From Tetramitus jugosus (taxonomy: Eukaryota; Protista; Heterolobosea), in NCBI GenBank assembly GCA_937625935.1, contig OW569376.1:186001-250000 (forward strand): a stretch of 64,000 bases of DNA, given 5' to 3'. Positions 54,435 through 64,000 of this stretch are shown one piece after another. A model generated the notes under the pieces. The model saw only the letters and a program-made list of their open reading frames with translations, searched no databases and was not told the origin of the DNA. The stretch's first letter is position 1. Each line of letters starts with the position of its first letter. The translations under genes were made by a program, and so were the position numbers.

Positions 54435-55421
54435 TTAATCTCTAACATATTTTAGAGGAGTAAGAGGATAGATAAAGTTGGGATCCTTGGAAACGGATTG
54501 ACCATTGAGCTCTAGTGTCTTAGTATTCATTGAGAAAAAGAAATTCTCGCCAGTGTGCAAGATTGCAACATCCAAGTACAGATTGTGAGTCACTGGATCA
54601 ATGACAAAATCATTTGAATCGTCAATGTTCGTAAATGAATCAGGAACTACTTGAACTTTTTGTACAATTTGCCCATTGTCATGTCGAAATACGTACACGT
54701 CATGCTTGAATGTTGAAAAGACGAGTGGGATTCCGTTGAGAGTAACACTAGGGTCCACCCCAAAAGTGAAGAAAGGAACATCAATGCTGACAATCTTTTC
54801 AACAATATCAACTTGATTCGGTCTCTCAATCACAGCTGGAATCTTTGCGAGATTCAGTGTAACCAGACGACTACTGTCTGTATAGTAAGTAAAAGTTCTA
54901 TCATGAGGTAAATAGTATCCAGAGCGTACCCTTCCAGATGCCTCCTTTGTAAAATTTGCTACAATATACTTTTGCTGAAGCGTGTCTGTGTCGTATTCCA
55001 AGAGCGTCACAGAGACTCCAGATCCTGATACCAATCCATACAATCGATGACTCGTCTGGTCAAAGAGCAAACAATCAACACTATAGCTCAATATTTGAGA
55101 GCTTTGCATCACTTTCTTCTCATTGACTCGGTAACTGTACAGAACAGTATACACATTGAAATCCACCCAGGTGCCATAGTTTCCAAAAGATCCATAGATG
55201 ATTTGATTGTCTTGGTCAACGACCTGAGATCTCAATATCTTTGTCTTGTATTGGCTAGGCACATCCATGTGGAATGGTGCTTCCTTTGTGAAAACAGCTG
55301 TTTTCATGTCGTATTGCATCACAGAGTGTGCATTGACAGAGTAGTAGGAACATTGAGAGAGCACTAAAAGCGAGAGAAGGTTCAGGACAATGAGCAGGAT
55401 GATGCAGTTCAGGTTGGCCAT
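54435..55421 (-). CDS. Secreted beta-rich hypothetical protein
   Basis: Signal peptide MANLNCIILLIVLNLLSLLVLSQC; propeller-like motifs (FDQTSHRLYG, IDPVTHNLY). Confidence 0.65.
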   Translation of the reverse strand: MANLNCIILLIVLNLLSLLVLSQCSYYSVNAHSVMQYDMKTAVFTKEAPFHMDVPSQYKTKILRSQVVDQDNQIIYGSFGNYGTWVDFNVYTVLYSYRVNEKKVMQSSQILSYSVDCLLFDQTSHRLYGLVSGSGVSVTLLEYDTDTLQQKYIVANFTKEASGRVRSGYYLPHDRTFTYYTDSSRLVTLNLAKIPAVIERPNQVDIVEKIVSIDVPFFTFGVDPSVTLNGIPLVFSTFKHDVYVFRHDNGQIVQKVQVVPDSFTNIDDSNDFVIDPVTHNLYLDVAILHTGENFFFSMNTKTLELNGQSVSKDPNFIYPLTPLKYVRD

Positions 55422-55550
55422 TTTCTTGTGTTGCTTTCCAACAGGAAGCGGCAGCAAGAACTTGGAAATGTTTTCGCTCACAACGGGCAATTTCATAGAA
55501 CTCCGTGGTGGATGCTTCTGGAGTTAAGGTTCCCAAAACGAAAAGGGTTG

Positions 55551-55623
55551 CTCCTCCAGTTGGGCTCGAACCAACGACCTGCAGGTTAACAGCCTGACGC
55601 TCTACCAACTGAGCCATGGAGGA
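55551..55623 (-). tRNA. tRNA-Asn (GTT)
   Basis: TCCTCCA/TGGAGGA acceptor stem, TGGCTCAGTTGG A box, CTGTTAA anticodon loop, GGTTCGAGCCC B box, downstream TTTT. Confidence 0.95.
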
Positions 55624-55677
55624 TCTTACAACACAATAAATTCACCATTTCAGCCAAAAATAATTTTTCACCGGGTG

Positions 55678-56334
55678 CAAACACCCCATGGTATAGACAG
55701 GAAGTTGGAATGGTTTCATGCACAGGTACGCAGTGGAACACTCCACACAGCAGAAGTTGTACGATATCTATTCAACACTGGTGAGGAACATGTCATGTGC
55801 TGCTGGTGTCAGGGTGAGCCCGAAAGTGTGCTACATTGTTTGATCAGGTGTCCAAGGGCCATTATGATTAGAAGGCAATTGGCTGTGAAAGTGGGGCATG
55901 AGCTCAAGAATATGGGTATTCCGGATTCTGCCTACGCCGATGTTTGGTTTGATGAGGTGCGACTGAAGGAAGGAAAGGTTGTGAGGCAACCACTCAAAAA
56001 GTCTAGCCGTGAACTGCTGCAAGGAATGATGGGCATAGAAACGGACGCCATCATGGAGGTCGCTGAGGGTTGTATCTGGAGGAATGAAGAAGCCACTGGC
56101 ACAGAAGAAAGCCAAAACGTATGTGAATAGTGTCAAGAGGAGATGTCTTAAGACTCTCCACCATCTGTTCACTACAACGAAGGATAAATGTAATCAACGG
56201 CAATGACGCTCTCCGAGAATCATGCCTAACAACTGGTAACTAACCAGGGCCTACGCTCTTCGAGCGTAGGCAAGTGAATAAGCAAGACAATAAAAAGGGC
56301 AACCGAAATGGTTGTATTTAAAAAAAAAAAAGAA
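55678..56334 (+). mobile_element. 5'-truncated non-LTR retrotransposon (LINE) 3' fragment
   Basis: ORF2 C-terminal CCHC zinc knuckle CWCQGEPESVLHCLIRCP; 3' hairpin 56249-56271; A-tract 56320-56331; 14/16 direct repeat 55662-55677 vs 56335-56350 (putative TSD). Confidence 0.72.
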
Positions 56335-56404
56335 AATTTTTTATCGGGTGTTACGGAGTTGCGCTCCGAAAAAAAAGAACAAAATCTATCGACGACTAAC
56401 AAAC

Positions 56405-58249
56405 ATGCAAGATTACACCGGTAATGATACCATCACACCATTGTCTGACGGTATCCGCCTAGTACACCTACCCAGTGATACCATCCCACTGATTGCCCAA
56501 TATTTGGACACCTTGAAAGATCGCTTGCATCTTCGTCATACGTGTTCCTTCTTGTACGACGTATCCAACATGTTTGCCTCCCAGTTTTTCAATGTTTCAG
56601 ATGGATATGGAGAATCGTTTGTTATTGTGTCGACTGACACGGATCTCATTGTACAGTACTTTGCTACATTGTCAGATGTTTTACGCTCCGAATGGGAATC
56701 ATCTGGAAAGTTGGAAGGCAAGGACAGTAAGAGTTACGGTAGTGATGGTAGTGGTAGACAATTGCGACCGTTTACAAGAATGTTGTTGTCATGGATTGTT
56801 CGTGGTAGTAGTCGACTCATGGAACAATATGGCTTCTCGTTTAGTAAGCATGTGACTGATGGTTTCTTCTATTGCATGATGCGTAACTTGTTGGATGAAA
56901 CGACACCGAGGGAAATAGTGGACTTGTTTCTGAGTGAGTGTCGATTCAATAGTAGTTTCTGGAATACGATTGATCGTATCGTTGGTTACGTTTATCCCAG
57001 GACACTGTTCTATGAGGCGTTTGTCAGATTATCCAAGAACAAGAGATTGTCTCAGATGCTGCCACTATTGCACAATGAGGCAGGCATTCAATTGTTTGCC
57101 ATTGACTTTTATCCGAATCAGGAACTGATTCAAAATTCATCTGGCCTCATTTTCAATCATTCTGTATCTTCATTTACAGTCGTTCATCTGGCTGCATGGT
57201 TAAGAGATTGGGATGCACTCAAACAGATGCACAGTATAAATGAAGGTGTCCTCAATACGCAAACACATCAACGCAGAACAGCACTTGATTTGTGCTTGGA
57301 AGATTCCAGCATGTATGATGTGGCACTCTTTCTCCTTGAAAAATTTCCAGCTGTGCCAAGGAGAATGATTCCTTTAGATGAAACTCATCCACTTGCCTCA
57401 AGAATAGCTGAAATAATTATTGAAAGGGGAGAAACATTGAAGAACTCATCTGAGGAAACCACTCTTGAAGATTTGGATGCTTTGGAAGAGGAGGATCTTG
57501 AGTGTCTGAGATATCAATATGATCGTAACAATTCGATGCGTCAGGATCGCTTGAAATGCTTACAAATCGTTGAAGATTACAATAGTGATGAGGACTCCAT
57601 CGAATTGAGAGATGAACAAGGTTTAGATATTCAAGATCTGATTGATGATGATATTAATACCATCGAGAAGTTAGGTCAAAAGTTTGAAACTCCTTTGGAA
57701 GAGGATTCGGAAGACGGTTATGAAGACTGGTTTAAGAAGAAAAATGTTTTGATTTTATCTCGAAAGCCATATTCTACGGAAGATGAGTCATTTCCATCTA
57801 CTACAAATGATGAATCATCAGAAGAGGAACCTAAGGCCAAGAAGCCAAAACTCGTGCATGGTATTGTATCGCGAGAGGAATTGGTAATTCCTAAATCAAT
57901 TTTTCGTCAGATTGCACGTGAGACTCTGTGGAATTATTCCACGGACTCTACGTTATCACCTGCAGCTCTCTTGACAGTCCAGCATGGATGTGAACTGTTC
58001 CTTTCCCGTGTAATTGAAGTTGGTCAGAAGTGCAAGCACATCGACACGAATCGCCCCGAGCTTCAATGTGCCCAGGTCACATTGGAACATAAGAACTGGA
58101 ATATGAGAGACGTTTGTGATGTTGTACAACCGGCTCAATCCGAAGATGACAGTGAATTCGACTCGGATTTTTCGTCTATCTCGAGTGATGCTTGTCGCGA
58201 TATCTATCATGAATCCTCTGACGACGAGGAATGGACTTACTATCAATAA
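56405..58249 (+). CDS. F-box + ankyrin + acidic region + C-terminal histone H3-like fold protein
   Basis: F-box LVHLPSDTIPLIAQYL..LRHTC; ankyrin-like TVVHLAA..RTALDLC; H3-like ELVIPKSIFRQIARE..AALLTVQHGCELFLSRVIE. Confidence 0.7.
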   Translation: MQDYTGNDTITPLSDGIRLVHLPSDTIPLIAQYLDTLKDRLHLRHTCSFLYDVSNMFASQFFNVSDGYGESFVIVSTDTDLIVQYFATLSDVLRSEWESSGKLEGKDSKSYGSDGSGRQLRPFTRMLLSWIVRGSSRLMEQYGFSFSKHVTDGFFYCMMRNLLDETTPREIVDLFLSECRFNSSFWNTIDRIVGYVYPRTLFYEAFVRLSKNKRLSQMLPLLHNEAGIQLFAIDFYPNQELIQNSSGLIFNHSVSSFTVVHLAAWLRDWDALKQMHSINEGVLNTQTHQRRTALDLCLEDSSMYDVALFLLEKFPAVPRRMIPLDETHPLASRIAEIIIERGETLKNSSEETTLEDLDALEEEDLECLRYQYDRNNSMRQDRLKCLQIVEDYNSDEDSIELRDEQGLDIQDLIDDDINTIEKLGQKFETPLEEDSEDGYEDWFKKKNVLILSRKPYSTEDESFPSTTNDESSEEEPKAKKPKLVHGIVSREELVIPKSIFRQIARETLWNYSTDSTLSPAALLTVQHGCELFLSRVIEVGQKCKHIDTNRPELQCAQVTLEHKNWNMRDVCDVVQPAQSEDDSEFDSDFSSISSDACRDIYHESSDDEEWTYYQ

Positions 58250-58325
58250 GTCACGTCGCAGGCTGATGATACAAAACTATACCACTGTATTGTAGTTGCA
58301 ATGGAGATTTATTGATGTATGATAA

Positions 58326-60752
58326 CTAAAACCAGGCACCACCAATGTTCTTCGACTTTTTCTTTTTCTTACTGGATTTCTTGGTGATAGATCTGAATTC
58401 TGTGTCAGGTTCGATCGATCCTTGTTCTAGAACTGAGTGTAGCTTTCTTGTAGTTTCCTTGTCGAGATCGTACTGCAAAGTCAATTCTCGCATTAACACT
58501 CTCCGTTCTGCTCCAGGTTTGAGTTCATCTGGAGCTGTTGGATCATCCAACCTTGCATCAAAGTAAAAGGTGAACGCTGGTGCATAGCGGAGTGCTGCAG
58601 TTTGCCCAACTCTTGACCCAAGGAACCCTGCCCTTTTGTTCAATAATTTGTTTACTTCGTTCATTTCGGCATATCTCATCCTTTCATTTGACGACTCCCA
58701 CTTGACAGAAGCTGTTCGTAGATCTTTTGCCACTTCGACATAGGTAACTTCCACACAATCTGCTCTCGAGTCTTTAAAATCGTGCAATAATACATGATTG
58801 AGTGTCTCATGAACCTTCTTACTGATCGACCGCTGTCTTGGAGTCATGTGGTCATACTCGCGCTCAAGATTCTCTGGATCCTGTTCGTTGTTTGATTCTT
58901 GACCAGTAAAATTGAACAACTTTAAGGAACTTCTTGCTCCTCTCCGTTTCCTGTCCTCTTTTCTGACAGATTCCACCATGGCCTCACGAATTCCAAGACG
59001 ATTTTGTCTCTTGATTCTCAGAGCCTCACGCTTTGACTCTTCCTCCTCTCCCTTCTTATCTCGTATCTCCTTCATACGATTCTTCATATTGACAAATGAT
59101 TTTAGGTCGTTAAATACTTCTTTGGCGGCTTCCTTTGTTGCAGAAGCTGCAGCTTTTTCATCATCGAAATAACCAGAATCTCCTTCCTCTAGTTCGTTAT
59201 CTTCATCTCTCTCATCTTCATTGCTTTCTACGATTTTTGGTTTTTTAAGAGTGCTCGCTAGAGAAGCCTCGTGCATGTCCTTTCGGAGCTTCTTCCTACG
59301 AGTCTTGAGTACATTCTGTTGCATTTTAGTGGCATAATAATCTTGTTGGATTCTAATTTCTTCATTGTTGTTGTTAGAAAACATAATTTCATGATCAGCA
59401 TTATACGCACCTTTTTCATAATCTCCACCTTCTTCCTCTGTTTGCTTCTCTGATTTGGCTAGAATAACTTTGTTATCCTTGTTTTCCTCTGGTTCATCTC
59501 CCTCCGCCTCGGCATTTCTCTTGGCCTTTCTCTGATCTTCTTCGATATCTTTGGCGATATCAGCGTTCAACTCTCTTTCGAATTCGTCCCAATCCACATC
59601 CAAATTGTCGTCTTCGTCCTCCAAGTCATCCTCTTCGGCACCAACCAACTCATCTGCTTCATTCTGTTGATCATTCAAGTACTTGTCAGACAAATGACCC
59701 AAGGAGGATAAAAGATCGTCAGCAGGCAGTGCACTCAACCGGAGTTCCTCCTCTGAGAACAAGCCATCTTCAGCCAACAACTTGTCCAACTCTTGCTCCA
59801 TTCTCTTCTCAGCCTCTGTTAAACCACTCGAATCATTCTGTTCCTGAGAAGTGTTCATAAAATTCGAATACCGTTCCATCATTTTCTTTGTTGACTCCTC
59901 TGTAAACTCATAATTATTCACAAAGTCTTCAATCTTCTCCGGATGAGCCAACAAATCAGCAATTGTCTCATCTGACATGTCATACAATTCCTTCATGAGT
60001 TCTCGTGGATCCCCGCCCATAACCTTACTCTTCAATGAATCCGGTATCAATTCTTCCAGTTGTTCCATTGTATCGGCAATGCCCATTCGACTAGACATCT
60101 CCAATAGCTCCTTTTGCTTCAAATCAAGGTCCTTGATCATTCTGGTCATATCATCCGTAGTCTGAGCTTCTTCATCAGCAGAGTACTGATAGCCACCAAT
60201 ACCTGAATCCTTCATCATCTCTTCCAACTTTTTCTGAATGTCCCTTGTTAGATTCCCACCTGCGGATGACTCGAAAAACTCGTTAAATTTCTTGAATTGC
60301 TCCTCCAGTTCAGCAGCCTCAGCAGCAGCATTCGACACTGTGGATTCGTGTGTGGCAGCAGTGGCGGCAGAGGCAGCAGCAGCCGTAGAAGAAGAGGTGT
60401 TTGACGATGAAATATCACCACTTTTTTTGGAACGTTTTTTGCCCCTTGCTTGTTGCTTGTATGCAATTTGATGATCTGGATCATTTGATGATGTTTTTGC
60501 ATTGTGCTGCTGATCAAGTTGATGGTCAGCAGAGGAACCGTCTGGAAATAGGTTGTATCCTGATTTTCGATCCACTCTCAAAAAGGGAGAAAATGTGGAG
60601 AATGGTGATGATGATGATGATGATTTGAGCGAAAATAATGATGATGTGGTTGGGTGGTGGTGATGAAAAATGGGTATCATGACTGATGGGAGTCTTGTGA
60701 CTGAACTCATGTTTGGTTTCAGTGCACATCCTGTGAAGCGAGCTCTCAGCAT
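58326..60752 (-). CDS. RBFA: Mitochondrial ribosome-binding factor A-like protein with long acidic N-terminal extension
   Basis: R/S-rich presequence; C-terminal RbfA domain RQRSISKKV..VEVTYVEVAKDLRTASVKW..LRYAPAFTFYFD. Confidence 0.75.
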   Translation of the reverse strand: MLRARFTGCALKPNMSSVTRLPSVMIPIFHHHHPTTSSLFSLKSSSSSSPFSTFSPFLRVDRKSGYNLFPDGSSADHQLDQQHNAKTSSNDPDHQIAYKQQARGKKRSKKSGDISSSNTSSSTAAAASAATAATHESTVSNAAAEAAELEEQFKKFNEFFESSAGGNLTRDIQKKLEEMMKDSGIGGYQYSADEEAQTTDDMTRMIKDLDLKQKELLEMSSRMGIADTMEQLEELIPDSLKSKVMGGDPRELMKELYDMSDETIADLLAHPEKIEDFVNNYEFTEESTKKMMERYSNFMNTSQEQNDSSGLTEAEKRMEQELDKLLAEDGLFSEEELRLSALPADDLLSSLGHLSDKYLNDQQNEADELVGAEEDDLEDEDDNLDVDWDEFERELNADIAKDIEEDQRKAKRNAEAEGDEPEENKDNKVILAKSEKQTEEEGGDYEKGAYNADHEIMFSNNNNEEIRIQQDYYATKMQQNVLKTRRKKLRKDMHEASLASTLKKPKIVESNEDERDEDNELEEGDSGYFDDEKAAASATKEAAKEVFNDLKSFVNMKNRMKEIRDKKGEEEESKREALRIKRQNRLGIREAMVESVRKEDRKRRGARSSLKLFNFTGQESNNEQDPENLEREYDHMTPRQRSISKKVHETLNHVLLHDFKDSRADCVEVTYVEVAKDLRTASVKWESSNERMRYAEMNEVNKLLNKRAGFLGSRVGQTAALRYAPAFTFYFDARLDDPTAPDELKPGAERRVLMRELTLQYDLDKETTRKLHSVLEQGSIEPDTEFRSITKKSSKKKKKSKNIGGAWF

Positions 60753-60907
60753 CTTTCTTACTTGTTATTTGTTGTTTGTGTGAATTTTTTGAATTTCATT
60801 GTAAAGTTCGGGGAAAAGTAATTATACTCCGACAAGGTCTGAACTTCACTCTTCATACTTGAGAAAAAAAGAACACGAAGGTCACACCGACAAAAAGATC
60901 AACAACA

Positions 60908-61438
60908 ATGAGTGGCCTCAGCATTGTCGACAACCAACATGGCGTATATTTGAAAGCTCTCGAACTATTGTTGTCCAATCGTTCTGAAAGTGAAGTAGAG
61001 CTTGAGAAATTGTTGGAGAAGCAAAAAGTGGCAGTCAAGAATCCAAAGAAACAAGCTCATTCGCTCGATCTGAAAGAGAAACCGAAACCAATGACCGGTA
61101 TGATCAGTACCGGTAGTAATTCATCATCTTCGTCATCAATCAGTGGGATTCAGAGAACAACAGCCTCGCTCAACAATCCAGTGCCGATAAACTCTGTTCA
61201 CATTGCTTCCAATTCAACATCGTCGACCATGATGAACACAGGCGCGATGAAACGGCGGCCATCCTCGGAATCAACCACGGCTAATCCAAAATCTCTTCCA
61301 CCAACGAAGAGGGTCAAAATGATGAATGACATGCAACCAATTAATGGTGCTGCGAACACTAATCCGCGGACAACACAACAAACACCCATTATGACAACGA
61401 GAAGCAATAGCACCGGTTCAATCAAGAAGATTCCTTGA
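60908..61438 (+). CDS. Hypothetical low-complexity protein
   Basis: 176-aa ORF after a CAA-rich leader; AATAAA downstream. Confidence 0.55.
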   Translation: MSGLSIVDNQHGVYLKALELLLSNRSESEVELEKLLEKQKVAVKNPKKQAHSLDLKEKPKPMTGMISTGSNSSSSSSISGIQRTTASLNNPVPINSVHIASNSTSSTMMNTGAMKRRPSSESTTANPKSLPPTKRVKMMNDMQPINGAANTNPRTTQQTPIMTTRSNSTGSIKKIP

Positions 61439-61584
61439 GAGAGCCGATACTCTTGTGAATTGATCATAGAAAGACTCACAATGCATTTTAAGAATGCAAT
61501 GTTGAAATAAAATTTGTAACATAGAACAAAAGTATGGATTAAGAAAGTTGTTTACTGAAAAAACCTTGCAACCAATCACATAGT

Positions 61585-62087
61585 TTAGGATTGTTGTTCT
61601 TCTTCTGGTTGTTCTTCTTGTTGTTGAGCGATTGGCAAGTACTTCAAGACATATCCTCTCTTCTTTGGGTGGGAGATAACTCTCAACCAGTCACCCAACT
61701 CTTGCTTCTTCAAGTATCTCTTTGACAAGTACTTCAAGTATCTTTGGGAAATCTTTACCTTAGTGTTAACATAAAGCTTGTTGTTCTTCTTGAAAACAGA
61801 AACCTTGTCGGTCAAGTTTCCGGTCTTTCCACCGACCTTGTACTTTTCCAAAATGTACTTTTCCTAAACATAGATCAAAGGTGTGAGAAGATGCATTTTT
61901 TAAACGGAAAAAACGAAGTTTGATTGGATGTGTGAATAATACGTACGAAGTTGTCTAGGTCAAAGATACCATCAACAACTGGGACAGCAGCATCAATGAA
62001 GTACTTGTAGGTAATCTTTCTTTGTTGCTTGACACCCTTTGCTTTAACGATGCCTGGTTTGGTGACGATTGCTCCCTTTCTGACCAT
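61585..62087 (-). CDS. RPL22: 60S ribosomal protein eL22 (2 exons)
   Basis: ID..PVVDGIFD; spliced NFEKYILEKYKVGGKTGNL; RYLKYLSKRYLKK..DWLRVI; intron 61864-61946. Confidence 0.93.
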
Positions 62088-62418
62088 TTTAACTATGTTA
62101 TGTTTTGACGTGAGTTTGTTGTTTTTGTTTTTTTGTTGCTAAATTTCGTGAGTTGACTCGCGGTTTCATTGAAGTCAACCAACTTCACTGAAGAAATTGA
62201 ACTCAACAAAACACCGACACAACAAAAGCTCAAGCCCACAAGCTGAGAGCATGCATATGACTACGAGTATGGTAACAAAATGATCAATGAGCCAACGTCG
62301 AACCATCAATCATCTTCTACAACTGCTCACTGCTGATCGAATGACAAATGATAACGATTTTTTTGGAGCGGATATTGTCGCGCGTTTCTGCCGCCAAAAT
62401 TCTTGCAGACAAATCGCA

Positions 62419-63700
62419 ATGATATTTACAGCTGCTGAGCCCTCATTGTTTGTGTATGGTTGTGGTAGCTCTAAAGATGGAGAGCTAGGAGTTGCATCCA
62501 CAACACCCATACTACAACATTTGGACTTTAGAAGTGTGTTTGGTCACACAGACAACATACGTCAGATCACCTGTGGAGGTCAATTCACCTATCTGCTCAC
62601 CAATGACAATAGAGTCTTTTGTTCAGGTCGATCAAACCTTGGACAGTGTGGTAGCTATGTGAATCGACCCAAGTTTGAAGAGTTGTCTCTGAGCTCCACT
62701 ACTCTCTCTGGGCCCATTATTCACATGGCATGTGGAGAAAATTTCGTAACTATTGTCACGGGTATGTCACGTCTCTTCATATCAGCTCATTATCATAACG
62801 ATTGGTGTGTTTAATGTTGACACAATCAAACAAATAGATGATATGAGATTGTTCCTCTGTGGTGTAAAGTTCAATGGGCAGAGCACAAGCCAATTTGAAG
62901 AATATCCCATTCCGTTGGATGGAAGAACAGACAAGATTACAAAGGTCTGCTGTAGTGCCTTCCATATACTCCTTGTTGTCAATGATGTGGATGTGTACAG
63001 TCTGGGATGCAATGTTTGGGGCAATTTGGGTCGAAATACGAGCGGACAAGATGAATTGCCTTTCGGAAAAGTTCATATCAATGACTTGCAAGGAAATTCC
63101 AAGGTAAAGACAATAGGATGTGGTGGAGTTCATAGTTTGATTCATTTTGAGAGTGGAGAGCTTTATACTTGCTACAACTCTTATTTAGAGCCCAAGAAGA
63201 CAATTGCTTTCGAACGAGTGAAACTTCCATTCTCTGATCCTGTTCGAGATCTCATATTTTCTCCACTTGGTACTCATATGATGCTTAGAACAGAGAAGGA
63301 TTTATGGGCCAGTGGATCGAATAAGTCTGGTCAATTGCTCACCGGAGACTGTAAGCAGGTGAATGGCATACAAAAGTGTAACATTGAAAGCATCGTGGGC
63401 AATGAAGAGTATCGCTTGTTTTTGGCCAGAGGTAGGACCTTTATGGCCACAAGAGACAATCTTTATTGTGTAGGGGAGAACAGGTACGGCCAACTTGGTC
63501 TCCTCGACAACATTACGAATTACAAGGTACGCAGAGTGCCGATTGATTTCAGTGACAAGGAGCTTGTTGGCGTGGAGGGGGGCTACGATTACACATTCTT
63601 TATTTGCAGACGAACAAACTGTTATCGTTTCATGAACAATTTACATCGAGGTTTATCGCACAGTGGCTTTGTGGATATTGAGATGAAGACTAAAGAATAA
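62419..63700 (+). CDS. RCC1-like repeat protein (2 exons)
   Basis: GSSKDGELG, CGGQFT, GRSNLGQCG, GCNVWGNLG, GENRYGQLG; intron 62762-62837; start uncertain. Confidence 0.8.
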
Positions 63701-63709
63701 GCACAAAAT

Positions 63710-64000
63710 TTATTCATGTGGCATTCCTACGAAGCTATCTACTCTCCAGAACGCAAGGATCAAGTCTCTCAAATGGTCTTGATCGACCTCTTGGAGAAGT
63801 CTCTTCCATCTCCTTCTTAGATTAAAACATGTATCGAGAACGGTGACACCTTGATTGCCATTTGTTTTCCTCAACCCTCTGCCCATTTGCTGAACAAACA
63901 CCAATTCTGATTCTGTTGGTCTCGCCAGTACAACACAACCAATATCCTTCACATCGAATCCCTCATTCATCATCATAACGTTGATAACAATTTTAATGTG
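63710..64000 (-). CDS. SF2 helicase C-terminus (IRC3/YejH/ResIII-like), partial at window edge
   Basis: NEGFDV..CVVLARPTES..FVQQMGRGLR (motifs V-VI). Confidence 0.75.
   Translation of the reverse strand, partial: HIKIVINVMMMNEGFDVKDIGCVVLARPTESELVFVQQMGRGLRKTNGNQGVTVLDTCFNLRRRWKRLLQEVDQDHLRDLILAFWRVDSFVGMPHE

Noticed and set aside
55255-55617. 120-aa ORF beginning MAQLVERQAVNLQVVGSSP
   Set aside because: It is the translation of the tRNA-Asn gene.
63710-64000. Bacterial-like helicase fragment, considered as a restriction or defence system
   Set aside because: Truncated by the window edge; IRC3/YejH-like helicases occur in eukaryotes and no partner genes are visible.

Overview
Gene-dense eukaryotic genomic DNA, roughly 40% GC by eye, with about 36 protein genes, few and short GT-AG introns, and CAA-rich leaders. 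The gene repertoire (RGS-START fusion, RCC1-EGF receptor kinase, Ntox11-like protein, GIHTL-type LRR) suggests a heterolobosean or Naegleria-like protist; this is an inference. Housekeeping genes include TAF1, PIN1, DBP8/DDX49, TRMO, RNR1, ProRS, a sterol C4-methyl oxidase, PHB1, RBFA, RPL22 and tRNA-Asn(GTT), and there are many type II membrane glycosyl- and methyltransferases. The standout is an apparently intact ~2.7 kb Fanzor (eukaryotic TnpB-like RNA-guided nuclease) transposon at 37084-39767. It has perfect 13-bp TIRs, flanking TTAA, no recognisable transposase, a 642-aa RuvC/Zn-finger ORF and a predictable omega-RNA (three stems plus an 8-bp pseudoknot that includes the right TTAA). It is inserted exactly on the ProRS stop codon, so the predicted guide is the displaced ProRS 3' UTR. 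A second notable item is a 5'-truncated LINE fragment ~50 bp upstream of, and head-to-head with, the tRNA gene, in a TRE5-like geometry. Also noted are an F-box/ankyrin/histone-H3-fold fusion protein and a frameshifted GT32 gene.
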